20,000 bases of DNA from an uncultured virus (IMG/VR IMGVR_UViG_3300009285_007005) (IMGVR_UViG_3300009285_007005); one strand, 5' to 3'. Shown: positions 7,742 through 15,743, counted from the first letter of the stretch. Notes: generated by a model not told the origin, from the letters alone. Translations and numbers: made by a program.

Positions 7742-8555
7742 TCCCGCGACTCCGAATTTTATTAATAAATTGTTCCGTAGTCATGTCGCCGATAAGGTTC
7801 GGCTGGATACCGCGCAATTTTTCAATATCGCCCTCTTGGTATTTCTCGGCAACTTCGATTCGCTCCACCATAAGAATGTCGATCTTATTTTCGGCCTGAA
7901 TCAATTTTAACTTGCCGAACACATGTACGACGGCGTTCCTTTCTTGTAAGGCTTCAACAACAGCGCCATATTTATCTGCCGGAAAAACACATTTGATCCG
8001 ATCACCAGTGCTTAAATCTCGTAAGGTAAAATATGGCGGCGTAACTCCTTTTTTTAAGTTGTCAATCCTTCCCTGAATCGAACCATCGTATTCAATAATT
8101 TTTTCGATTTTCGCTTGCAATTCGGCGGCACTCTTTTTGGTAAAATCAATCCATTTGTCCGGCTCGGAAGGTCCGTTGCGATATAGTCCAAAAATTATTT
8201 TTTCGTCCGCGTCGATTGATTTAGACATTTTGACGTACTGTTTCATAGTTACCGTTCTAATTTGCGCCAAAGACGCCGAACCATTGCTGGTCAACGCGGA
8301 AATTTCTTCAAAACTCTGATTAAAAGAAGCAATAAGGTTTTCAGTCGTGGCGCGGCCCGCCAGTTCGGCATCACACTCAAACGAACCGTCTTTAATGCGT
8401 ATAGCAATCCAGTCGCCTATGCTAGATTCAATTCCGACATCTTCTCCTAGCATACGAAGAAATTTCTCGAATTCTTCGCTGACCCTGGCGAGTTTGACCA
8501 AAGGGACGCCCACTCGGCCCTTGTTGATTTCCAGGCGCACGCGGAGGGTAGCCAT
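7734..8555 (-). CDS. Uncharacterised PIN-associated protein, C-terminal beta-rich (possible OB-fold) domain
   Basis: GGAG RBS; overlaps the PIN start. C-terminal GSIQGRI...IKCVF...VHVFGKL...VERIEV. The fold is inferred from the strand pattern only. Confidence 0.75.
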   Translation of the reverse strand: MATLRVRLEINKGRVGVPLVKLARVSEEFEKFLRMLGEDVGIESSIGDWIAIRIKDGSFECDAELAGRATTENLIASFNQSFEEISALTSNGSASLAQIRTVTMKQYVKMSKSIDADEKIIFGLYRNGPSEPDKWIDFTKKSAAELQAKIEKIIEYDGSIQGRIDNLKKGVTPPYFTLRDLSTGDRIKCVFPADKYGAVVEALQERNAVVHVFGKLKLIQAENKIDILMVERIEVAEKYQEGDIEKLRGIQPNLIGDMTTEQFINKIRSRGNG

Positions 8556-8596
8556 GATCTTTTCTCCCAGAACGCCGCCTCCGCACTTTCTGGTTT

Positions 8597-9565
8597 CTAA
8601 TTCGCGGCGGCCGATGAGTCCCGGTATTGGAGCCGTTTTCCAGACATTCCGCGCAGGGCTACGTCAGTCCGTGCGCCGTCGCTGATTTTTCTATTATTGT
8701 ACTTATGGTCCAATTCCGCAAGGTATAGCGGAAGGTGCTTGCCGGAAACGTGGTGGTGCGTCCCGTCCAGGCTTCGTTTACTGTTCCCGAAGAAGCCCTC
8801 GACTGTGTTCGTCGTCGCCAGTCGCCCCGTATCTTCGTCGTGGCGGGCGTATTCCTCAGCCGAATGATTTACGGTGTCGTGCGAGGCAAAGCCTTGACCC
8901 GGCCAAATGTAAAGCGGCGACTCGTCCGTATTCAGATGGGCGGTCGGCATGACGTGCTGCTTGAGCAAGCGGTTCAGTTCCTCTCCGGTCACTTTTTGAA
9001 CCGTTTGAGACCGCACGCATCCTCCGCGTTCCACAAGAGAGACGACGGCGGTTTTGTTCCCGGTGTAGCGCCTTCCCTTGCCTCGCACCTTGCCGCCGAC
9101 ATACGTTTCGTCCGCTTCTACGAAGTTCTTTAGTTTACCACTCGGTGCGACATCCTTCAAGGCGTAGCGGATGCGGTGACACAAAAACCAAGCCGTCCGG
9201 TAGGAGCCAAGTTCGAGTTGCCGCTGGATCTGGAGCGCGGAAATTTGCGTCTTGCTCGCGCACATCAAGTAGAAGGCGGCAAGCCATTTATTCAAGGGGA
9301 TATGGGAATCCTCGCAGACCGTGCCGACCGTGACCGTGAAATGGTTGTCACATTCGGCGCATGTATAGAGGCCGGGGCGGATTTTCTTCGCGGGGTTGGC
9401 TTCCAATTTGTAAATCGGTTTTTCCCCCGAATTGCCGCAACGGGGACATACCGGGCCGTTCGGCCAGCGGATGTGTTCGAAGTATTCCCGCGCCGACTCT
9501 TCGGTGGAAAAGCGGGCCATGATCTGCATTAGCGTTAGGTCTTGGTTTTTGTCTTGTGTCTTCAT
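8597..9565 (-). CDS. tnp: IS1595-family (ISXO2-like) DDE transposase
   Basis: RWPNGPVCPRCG..CAEC Zn ribbon, HTH, VEADETYVGGK, LNTDES, VNHS, TNTVEGFF, YLAE. Confidence 0.95.
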   Translation of the reverse strand: MKTQDKNQDLTLMQIMARFSTEESAREYFEHIRWPNGPVCPRCGNSGEKPIYKLEANPAKKIRPGLYTCAECDNHFTVTVGTVCEDSHIPLNKWLAAFYLMCASKTQISALQIQRQLELGSYRTAWFLCHRIRYALKDVAPSGKLKNFVEADETYVGGKVRGKGRRYTGNKTAVVSLVERGGCVRSQTVQKVTGEELNRLLKQHVMPTAHLNTDESPLYIWPGQGFASHDTVNHSAEEYARHDEDTGRLATTNTVEGFFGNSKRSLDGTHHHVSGKHLPLYLAELDHKYNNRKISDGARTDVALRGMSGKRLQYRDSSAAAN

Positions 9566-9571
9566 GCTGCT

Positions 9572-9599
9572 AATATAGCACTTCTGCTAGGTTTGTCAA
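9572..9599 (-). promoter_or_regulatory. Transposase promoter overlapping TIR (extended -10, probably leaderless)
   Basis: On the minus strand: TTGACA, 16 bp, TG-c-TATATT, then 6 nt to the ATG; no Shine-Dalgarno. Confidence 0.7.
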
Positions 9600-9612
9600 G
9601 GGCATAATCGCC
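9590..9612 (-). repeat. Terminal inverted repeat of element B (transposase end)
   Basis: 22/23 inverted match to 5290-5312. Confidence 0.93.
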
Positions 9613-9614
9613 AA

Positions 9615-9866
9615 ATGAAAACGTGTACAGATTGTGCGTGGTTGATGGCATGGAAGCAGAAAATCGACGGGGAAAGTAAAAAGAAAAAAGAGACCCGCGA
9701 GTATGGTTTTTGCAGGAATACTGGGGTTAGATATCCTGCGAGCAAATTGTTTCCTCTCGGATATTTTCGGGATGCAAACGCTTGTCCGTCATGGGTCAAG
9801 AGGGCGAAAGTGAGTCAACCAGCCTCTTCGCCACCGCAAGCGCCACGTTCCCGGCGCACTCCCTGA
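9615..9866 (+). CDS. Small Cys-rich phage protein (CxxC...C...C)
   Basis: MKTCTDCAW...YGFC...ACPSW. The ATG lies 2 bp after the TIR. The 3' end overlaps the convergent helicase gene by 71 bp. Confidence 0.6.
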   Translation: MKTCTDCAWLMAWKQKIDGESKKKKETREYGFCRNTGVRYPASKLFPLGYFRDANACPSWVKRAKVSQPASSPPQAPRSRRTP

Positions 9867-12800
9867 GCACGCGCGCCGTGTCGGTGCCGATTTTCCCGTC
9901 AATCGCGGCGTCGATCGCGCGCTGCTTGGCCTCGGTGACGGCGTACATGACTTCTTGAATGGTTCCCCGAGAGAACAGGTAGTGGATATGAACTTCCTTG
10001 GTCTGGCCGGGGCGGTGTACGCGGTCCTCGGCTTGACGGTGCGGTTCGGGGGTGTAACGGATGTCTGTTATGATAACTCGGTTGGCCTTCGTGATCGTGA
10101 AGCCGCGGTTGAGGATTTCGAGCCCGGTCACAATGGCGGTCTTTTCGGGATCGGCCTCGAAAGCCTTGATGAGCGCGTGGCGTTTTTTGCTCTGGGCGTC
10201 GGCCAGAATCGAAGTAATGCCGTAGGTCTTCAGGTCGGCTGCGATGGCGTCCTGCATGTCTTGGAGGCCAGAAAAGATCAATACCTTGTCGTCGGCGGCC
10301 TTTGCCTCTGCCATGATTTCGCGGATTCGCGTCAAAACTGCGGTGTCGGTTCCTTCGGGAAGTGCGCCGGGGATATGGTCTCGGGCGGTCGGGACCGTGG
10401 CGGCGAAGCGCATCCGCCAAAGTTGCCTGGAAATCACGCCCATGTTGACCTCGCGGCTGTTCCGTCCGGCGTTGATGAACTCCCGGCGGATTTCTTCCAC
10501 GGCATTGGACGAAACGGAATCGTAGAGGTCGGCGTGGTCCTGGTGCATGATGAGGGTTTCGACGTGCCGGAATTTCTCAGGGAGCGCCTTGAGTTCCGGC
10601 ATATCGCTTTTGAGCCGTCTTACCGTCATGGGCGCGATGAGGCGGCGGAAGCGGGAAAGATTTGAGACTTCCGGGATGAGTTTCGCGCGGCCCTTGCTCA
10701 AGCTGTCGGCGAATTCCTTATCGACGCGCTCATAGGTGGCGAACTCATCGAGGAAACGCCGGGAGCCCGCACGCCAGGGATAGGGGAAAAGAGGCGTGTC
10801 GTGGCCGTAGAGCCATCCGACCGTCCAGTAAAGATCGGTGACGAAGCCTTTCAGGAGTGTTCCGGTAAGCACGAGTTTCCCGTCCGCTCGGATGGACCGC
10901 ACGGCTTGACCTCTGAGACTGCCCTTACTCTTGATCGTCTGGGCCTCGTCGCAGAGCACGCACCCGAAAAGTTTCCGGACATACCGGATTGCGGGGAAGC
11001 TGGTTTTCGCCGTTCGCTCCCGCCCCTTGCCGTAGGTGAAGGCGCGGTATCCGCACTTGCGGCAGAATCCGCTCCATCCCTCGCGGTTCTGGCATTTCGG
11101 GCAGACGGGATGCAGGGTTAAGAAATCCCGTCCGCATTCCCGGCAGGCGTGGGAGGTGTTGCCCTCGATGTGATGCGGCGGCTGGTCCTGCATTTCCCGG
11201 TGACAGGTCCAGGGATCATAGGCGCGGTCGCCGAGGGACAGGAACTCGTAGCTGGTGACGAAAAATTCCGTGTCATGGGATTTGTCCGGGGACTTCTTCT
11301 CGGCGGCGATCCGGGCGCGAAGGTCGCCTACGGCGGAATGGCTGCGGAGTTCCGAAATCTTGAAGCCGAAGTTTTTCAGTTCCGCAAGCCAGTTCGGCAC
11401 AAGGCCGGATTCGCATACCACGAGCACGCGGCGATATTGGCGGAGGGAAGCCCATGCGGCGCTGGCGATCGTCTTCCCGCCCCCCATTTCGTAACCCAGA
11501 TATCCGGTCGGCTTGCACGCGAGCCGCGCCACGTCTTCGGCTTGGTAGTCGAAGAGGAAAGGGGCGACGGCACTAAGGCGGTTCCGGTAGGCTTTTATTC
11601 TCTCCGGGAAAACTTCTTCCACGGATCGCGCCGCGGGAAGTCCGAAAGTTCGGATGAGCCTGCGCACGGCTTCATGGTCACGCTCATCGATGACGACGGG
11701 GCCGGTCTCGGCTTGAACGCGGATCAAAAAGTATCGGGCTTCGATGTGGGTTGATTCGGCATGGCGGTCCTTCTTCTCTCCGACCATTTCCGTCTTCGTA
11801 ACTTTGTCCTCGGTTTCCCAGCCGGGCCGGAAGTGGTAGGCGGTTCCTTTTTCCCAGAGCACGGCGCCGGATTCGTCCGTCATGGTCTGCTGGGCGACGT
11901 AGGGACGGTCCAGGAAGTAGGCGAGGCGGTCTTGCGGGGCGACGGGCATGATGGGCGCGGCGCGGTCCTGGAATTTCTTGCGGAGGGCTAGGAGTCGGGT
12001 CATGTCGCGTTCATTCGGCGGCGTGACGGCAAAGCCGATGTCCGCGAGGTAGGCGGCGGCGCGCTTCGGGCCGGAGTGCAGCAGGGCGATTTTCGAGGCA
12101 ACGGCGGAGATCGCGCCGCCCTGTATCCCGCGCACGGGGTCATATTCCTGATAGGTTTCGTCCAGGAAGTCGAGCAGGGCGGCGGCGGCCGGGGAAGCAA
12201 CGGGGCCGCGTGTGGTGAGTGAAACGCTGTAATCCACCTTGATCGCGTCGAGGCGCGAGAGGTCCGGGAGCCGGGGCGGTGTGTTTACCTCATCAAAGGG
12301 GAGCATGTTGTCGTCGGTCCAGATTTTTCCCCAGAGGCCCGCAAGGTCGGCCTTCCAGGATTTTTCGGAATAGTTGATTTCGCCTGTTATTGTCTCGGCG
12401 CGGTGGTAGCCGTGATTCTGGCTGACGTGGATCGCCTGGAGCCGGACGGGGACGGAGATCCCGTATTCGGGTTTGAAAAGGTTGGCCACATCGATGTCGA
12501 AAATAAGGCGTTCGTGGTCCATGCGCCGGATGCGCTCCAGGTGCCGGGGGCTGGTCGCATAGTGGACCGGGAGAATGGCCAGGATGAGGCCGGAGCGCCG
12601 GTATCCGGTATCCAGGGCGGAGAAAGCCGCGTCGATGGCGGCGAGTTCGGACGGAAGGGTCGTGTCGTCGTCCCGCACCGTGGAATAGTGAAAAAGGTTT
12701 TCCTTGCCTTCGATATTCCAGAAAAGCCCGAAAGGCGGGTTGGTGACAACGATGTTGGCCTTATCCTTCAGGTGCGGGATGTAGCCGAGCAGGTCGCCGC

Positions 12801-13170
12801 AACCGACTGAAGCCGCGCCGAGCAGGTGGCGGGCCTGGGTCGCGGCCTGCTGATCGAGTTCGACGCCGAGGATGTGGTGGCCGGCCTTCTTCCACGGATG
12901 CAGAAGCCGCCCGGTCCCGCAAGTCGGATCGAGGACCACGGCCTTCTTGCCGTTCAGCCAGGGTGCCGCGAGGTCGCAGAGCGTCCGGGCGAAGTCAACC
13001 GGCGTGAAATACTGCGCTTTCTTCGACGCGGACCAGCGGCGGAAGCCGAGGTCGTGATTCGCCTCGCGCCCGGAATTGGAAAGCACGGATTTCTCCGTTA
13101 CCAGTTCGAGCTTGCGTTCGGACGGTTTGGGCATGGTCGGAAGGTCCGTGAAAAGGGCTGCCTGCATCAT
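9796..13170 (-). CDS. DarB-like N6-adenine methyltransferase / SNF2 helicase fusion
   Basis: MTase: QYFTP, LDPTCGTG, GVELD, NPPF. SNF2: YQ, EMGGGKT, DEAQ, LTGT, KVLIFS, GFTIT, QAEDRVHRPGQ. ATG 13170 (GGAG RBS, ATGA overlap) is preferred over 13185. Confidence 0.88.
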   Translation of the reverse strand: MMQAALFTDLPTMPKPSERKLELVTEKSVLSNSGREANHDLGFRRWSASKKAQYFTPVDFARTLCDLAAPWLNGKKAVVLDPTCGTGRLLHPWKKAGHHILGVELDQQAATQARHLLGAASVGCGDLLGYIPHLKDKANIVVTNPPFGLFWNIEGKENLFHYSTVRDDDTTLPSELAAIDAAFSALDTGYRRSGLILAILPVHYATSPRHLERIRRMDHERLIFDIDVANLFKPEYGISVPVRLQAIHVSQNHGYHRAETITGEINYSEKSWKADLAGLWGKIWTDDNMLPFDEVNTPPRLPDLSRLDAIKVDYSVSLTTRGPVASPAAAALLDFLDETYQEYDPVRGIQGGAISAVASKIALLHSGPKRAAAYLADIGFAVTPPNERDMTRLLALRKKFQDRAAPIMPVAPQDRLAYFLDRPYVAQQTMTDESGAVLWEKGTAYHFRPGWETEDKVTKTEMVGEKKDRHAESTHIEARYFLIRVQAETGPVVIDERDHEAVRRLIRTFGLPAARSVEEVFPERIKAYRNRLSAVAPFLFDYQAEDVARLACKPTGYLGYEMGGGKTIASAAWASLRQYRRVLVVCESGLVPNWLAELKNFGFKISELRSHSAVGDLRARIAAEKKSPDKSHDTEFFVTSYEFLSLGDRAYDPWTCHREMQDQPPHHIEGNTSHACRECGRDFLTLHPVCPKCQNREGWSGFCRKCGYRAFTYGKGRERTAKTSFPAIRYVRKLFGCVLCDEAQTIKSKGSLRGQAVRSIRADGKLVLTGTLLKGFVTDLYWTVGWLYGHDTPLFPYPWRAGSRRFLDEFATYERVDKEFADSLSKGRAKLIPEVSNLSRFRRLIAPMTVRRLKSDMPELKALPEKFRHVETLIMHQDHADLYDSVSSNAVEEIRREFINAGRNSREVNMGVISRQLWRMRFAATVPTARDHIPGALPEGTDTAVLTRIREIMAEAKAADDKVLIFSGLQDMQDAIAADLKTYGITSILADAQSKKRHALIKAFEADPEKTAIVTGLEILNRGFTITKANRVIITDIRYTPEPHRQAEDRVHRPGQTKEVHIHYLFSRGTIQEVMYAVTEAKQRAIDAAIDGKIGTDTARVLRECAGNVALAVAKRLVDSLSPS

Positions 13171-13277
13171 GAATCGGTTCTCCATTCCCGATGAAAATTA
13201 TTCTCCGCCTTTGTGGTGGTCATCGTTATCTCCTCGCCCGAATTATCTTTTTTGCGGGGACCATCTTCTTCAAGCAT
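13167..13277 (-). CDS. Small coupling ORF, 36 aa (MLEEDGPRKKDNSGEEITMTTTKAENNFHREWRTDS)
   Basis: GGAGG RBS; overlaps the upstream stop, and its TGA overlaps the helicase ATG. Confidence 0.45.
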   Translation of the reverse strand: MLEEDGPRKKDNSGEEITMTTTKAENNFHREWRTDS

Positions 13278-13830
13278 AGCATTCCTCCATTTTAAAAAGT
13301 TCCCTGACATCTCTCTCCGAGCACTTCCGTCTCGCGGGTTCCCATTCCACCATGATCCCTGCCGCGCCGCCCGCCTCGTCCTGCTGGCGTGTCACCGCAT
13401 CCCATCCGAGGATGTGCCGGGGTAATTGCTCCGTCGCCGCCAGTTCCACCGATTTAGCCCGCACCGCTTCGTCCGTTATTGTGAGTCCATGCCGGCGGAC
13501 CAGGGACCGGAGGGCCAGGAACCAAGCCCCGGCCTCGGTGGGGGCGATGAAAAGCCATTTCGCGCTTTTGGCATCCGTCTCATAGTTCACGAGGTCTTTC
13601 CGGTAAACCGTGAAGACCACCGTTTTTCCGGCCTTGGTCCGGATCAAGTTATGCTTGGCGTCCGGTAAATCGTCCTTGGTGAGCGGCGCGCGGCCGGTGA
13701 GTTGGGCGAAATAGAGTGCCTTGGGCGTGCCGTTATAGTCCCAGGCGGCGAAGAGGCGGAGGGCCTGGAAGTTGACGCCGTTCCAGTCCAGGAAGGTCGC
13801 GCCGTCGTGGGTGAATTTCCGAATGTCCAT
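13270..13830 (-). CDS. Hypothetical protein
   Basis: 186 aa, GAGG RBS, co-oriented in the operon. Confidence 0.7.
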   Translation of the reverse strand: MDIRKFTHDGATFLDWNGVNFQALRLFAAWDYNGTPKALYFAQLTGRAPLTKDDLPDAKHNLIRTKAGKTVVFTVYRKDLVNYETDAKSAKWLFIAPTEAGAWFLALRSLVRRHGLTITDEAVRAKSVELAATEQLPRHILGWDAVTRQQDEAGGAAGIMVEWEPARRKCSERDVRELFKMEECYA

Positions 13831-13833
13831 CGG

Positions 13834-14199
13834 TCACGCCCTCGTCCTCGGCGTGGCGTCCTCGATGCCGATCCCGTCGAGGATTTTCTTGACTCTATCG
13901 ACGGTCGGATTTGGGAAGTTTTCGGGCTGCGCCGCCGTGGCGAGTGCGCGGAAAAGGGCTTGGATTTTCGGCTCGTCGAAGATCGTCCATGCGTCATGCC
14001 AGATTTCGATTTTGGGCGCGACTTTGCCGCCGATGCGTTCCCAGCGGATCGTGAATTCTCCAGCGGTTCCGCCGGACGGGTAATTGAGTCCGATGTTGAT
14101 ATCGTCCACGAGGTCATCGGTGCGGTTGTTCAGGTTGGCTGGGCCGTACCATGCTTCGGATAGGACGATGAATTGGAGTGTCGGTTTTTCGGTGCTCAT
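13834..14199 (-). CDS. Hypothetical protein
   Basis: 121 aa, AGGAGG RBS. Confidence 0.75.
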   Translation of the reverse strand: MSTEKPTLQFIVLSEAWYGPANLNNRTDDLVDDINIGLNYPSGGTAGEFTIRWERIGGKVAPKIEIWHDAWTIFDEPKIQALFRALATAAQPENFPNPTVDRVKKILDGIGIEDATPRTRA

Positions 14200-14245
14200 G
14201 CTAGTCTAGCCTCCTGTGTGGGGCCTGCCTGTCGGGGCGGGCCTG

Positions 14246-14755
14246 TTATTCTTCGGTCGGTAATCCAAGAGCGCGGGCTTCCTCGATGATCTGGTCGCAT
14301 TCCCTTTCGGTCCATGTCGAATTTTTCATGGAAAATCCTCGACTTGGCTTATTGTAAGTCGGCACAAACACGACGGGCTCACCGTCGGCAAGGTATAAGG
14401 TTCCGCTGGGTGTGATTTCGGTTGTTACGGTCGGCATTGTTCGTTTCTCCTGGCCTCTCGGCCTGTATTCTTCGGGTGTCGTGAGTCCGTCGAAAATCTT
14501 TTTGAGTTCCGCGCGGACCATGGCGGCGAAAATCTCTGTGCAAGGGTCGCCTTCGTCGTGCAACCTCGCAAGTTGTTTTGCGGGGGCCTCGGTGGGGGCG
14601 GCGGCAAGCATGTAATCGCGTCCGTAGGCGTCAATCGACGGCTCGCCATATCGGGCGGCAATGAAGCTGGCCGCCTGTGCGGGTGTAAAGTCCGGGCTGC
14701 ATTCGTCCCGCGTCAATTCTTCGGCGTCTCCGTGTTCGATCAAGTAAGCTTTCAT
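14246..14755 (-). CDS. Hypothetical protein (with internal in-frame start at 14437)
   Basis: 169 aa, GAGGAG RBS. Confidence 0.7.
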   Translation of the reverse strand: MKAYLIEHGDAEELTRDECSPDFTPAQAASFIAARYGEPSIDAYGRDYMLAAAPTEAPAKQLARLHDEGDPCTEIFAAMVRAELKKIFDGLTTPEEYRPRGQEKRTMPTVTTEITPSGTLYLADGEPVVFVPTYNKPSRGFSMKNSTWTERECDQIIEEARALGLPTEE

Positions 14756-14824
14756 TTTCGTTTCTCCTCGTGGCCGGTTATCGGCCCTTATCCGGGCGTC
14801 CCTGGGGGCGACCGGGAAAGGCCG

Positions 14825-15115
14825 TTAGGCTGGGATAAATTCTCCGATTGCCAAAAGTCGGCCCGTCACCGTCATGGGTGCGGGTTTCGGTCTCAGGTTT
14901 TCGGGTTTGTAAACGATTGAAAAAGTTTGCCCGAGCGGTGTCATCGCGTGGATCTGCACGCCGTACCATAAGCCGGGGCTTTTCAGTCGGCGGTCAAGGG
15001 CCGCGAAAAGTTCTCCATCGGCGTCCCCGAGTCCATCAAATGTGCCGTTGATCTCGATTTTTCGTCCGTTCATCTTGTGGGTTATGGCATGGTAAGAGCA
15101 CGTCCATTTTTCCAT
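14825..15115 (-). CDS. Hypothetical protein
   Basis: GGAGG RBS before ATG 15115 (MEKWTCSYH...). Confidence 0.65.
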   Translation of the reverse strand: MEKWTCSYHAITHKMNGRKIEINGTFDGLGDADGELFAALDRRLKSPGLWYGVQIHAMTPLGQTFSIVYKPENLRPKPAPMTVTGRLLAIGEFIPA

Positions 15116-15116
15116 T

Positions 15117-15308
15117 TCATCCTCCGAAAGCCGTTTGAATGTTCTTCTCGTGCTGCGCCCGGACTTTCTTGAGGTTCCCGGCGAGATAGGCTTGGAGCAT
15201 CGCGCCCTCGTCCCCGCGCTGGTGCAATCGGATGTAGCAGCATTCCGCATTGCGTCCCGCAAGGCCGAAAGACTTTCCGAGCTTGCTACCGTATTCTCGG
15301 ATATTCAT
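15117..15308 (-). CDS. Hypothetical protein, 63 aa
   Basis: GGAGG RBS and TAATG overlap with the upstream gene. Confidence 0.6.
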   Translation of the reverse strand: MNIREYGSKLGKSFGLAGRNAECCYIRLHQRGDEGAMLQAYLAGNLKKVRAQHEKNIQTAFGG

Positions 15309-15586
15309 TATTCGGCCTCCTCTTCGTCTTCGGGGTTTTCCTGAAATCCGCAATCACACTCTTCATCGGCGTACATTTCGCCGCATTTCGGGCACTCGGA
15401 AAAGCTGCCGTTTTTGATCTCGCAGTCTTGCCAGTCGTTGAAATGGGTCCGATAGGCGGTCGGATCGATTTCCTTCAAGGCGGCGCTGGGTTGGTATTCC
15501 AGGCCCAAAATTTTTACGGTTTCGCTGGTGTCGTCGATAAAATCGTTAAACATTTTCTCAAGTTCGTTCTCGTTGATTGTCGCCAT
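15308..15586 (-). CDS. Highly acidic small phage protein with C-terminal CxxC..CxC
   Basis: AGGAGG RBS before ATG 15586; 92 aa with 26 D/E and 6 K/R by hand count; VKILGLEY..S.ALKEIDPTAY...FNDW motif. Confidence 0.75.
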   Translation of the reverse strand: MATINENELEKMFNDFIDDTSETVKILGLEYQPSAALKEIDPTAYRTHFNDWQDCEIKNGSFSECPKCGEMYADEECDCGFQENPEDEEEAE

Positions 15587-15743
15587 TTTCGGCCTCCTAT
15601 TGGTTGCAGTTATCCTCTGAGAATCGCGCCGCACTGACAGCAGCCGACGCAAACGGTTTGATCGTGGGCGGTCCAGGCGTAGAGCCTTGCCGGGGGATGC
15701 GGACAGAGCCGCCGGGCTTTCCCCGTCTGTTGGAGCGCGCATG

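Larger units (their letters stand above)
5290..9612 (-). mobile_element. IS1595-family transporter IS (element B, about 4.3 kb; ends resemble the ISNwi1 subgroup consensus ggnnatTAT as recalled)
   Basis: 23-bp TIRs GGCGATTATGCACTTGACAAACC (5290-5312) and the reverse complement of 9590-9612, GGCGATTATGCCCTTGACAAACC (22/23). Intact transposase plus four co-oriented passenger genes; cargo visibly more AT-rich than the flanks. Confidence 0.93.

Noticed and set aside
4144..9612. Single composite transposon bounded by the outer TIRs
   Set aside because: The outer ends match only 19/23 with different terminal bases and have no shared flanking duplication. The inner pair 5290/9612 matches 22/23.
9899..13194. 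Many alternative-frame and antisense ORFs inside the helicase gene (and likewise elsewhere)
   Set aside because: Expected shadow ORFs of GC-rich coding DNA; they overlap genes that have clear motifs.
13225..13230. GATAAC before the helicase gene as another hairpin unit
   Set aside because: It lies inside a small coupled ORF between an RBS and an ATG, with no clear upstream hairpin.
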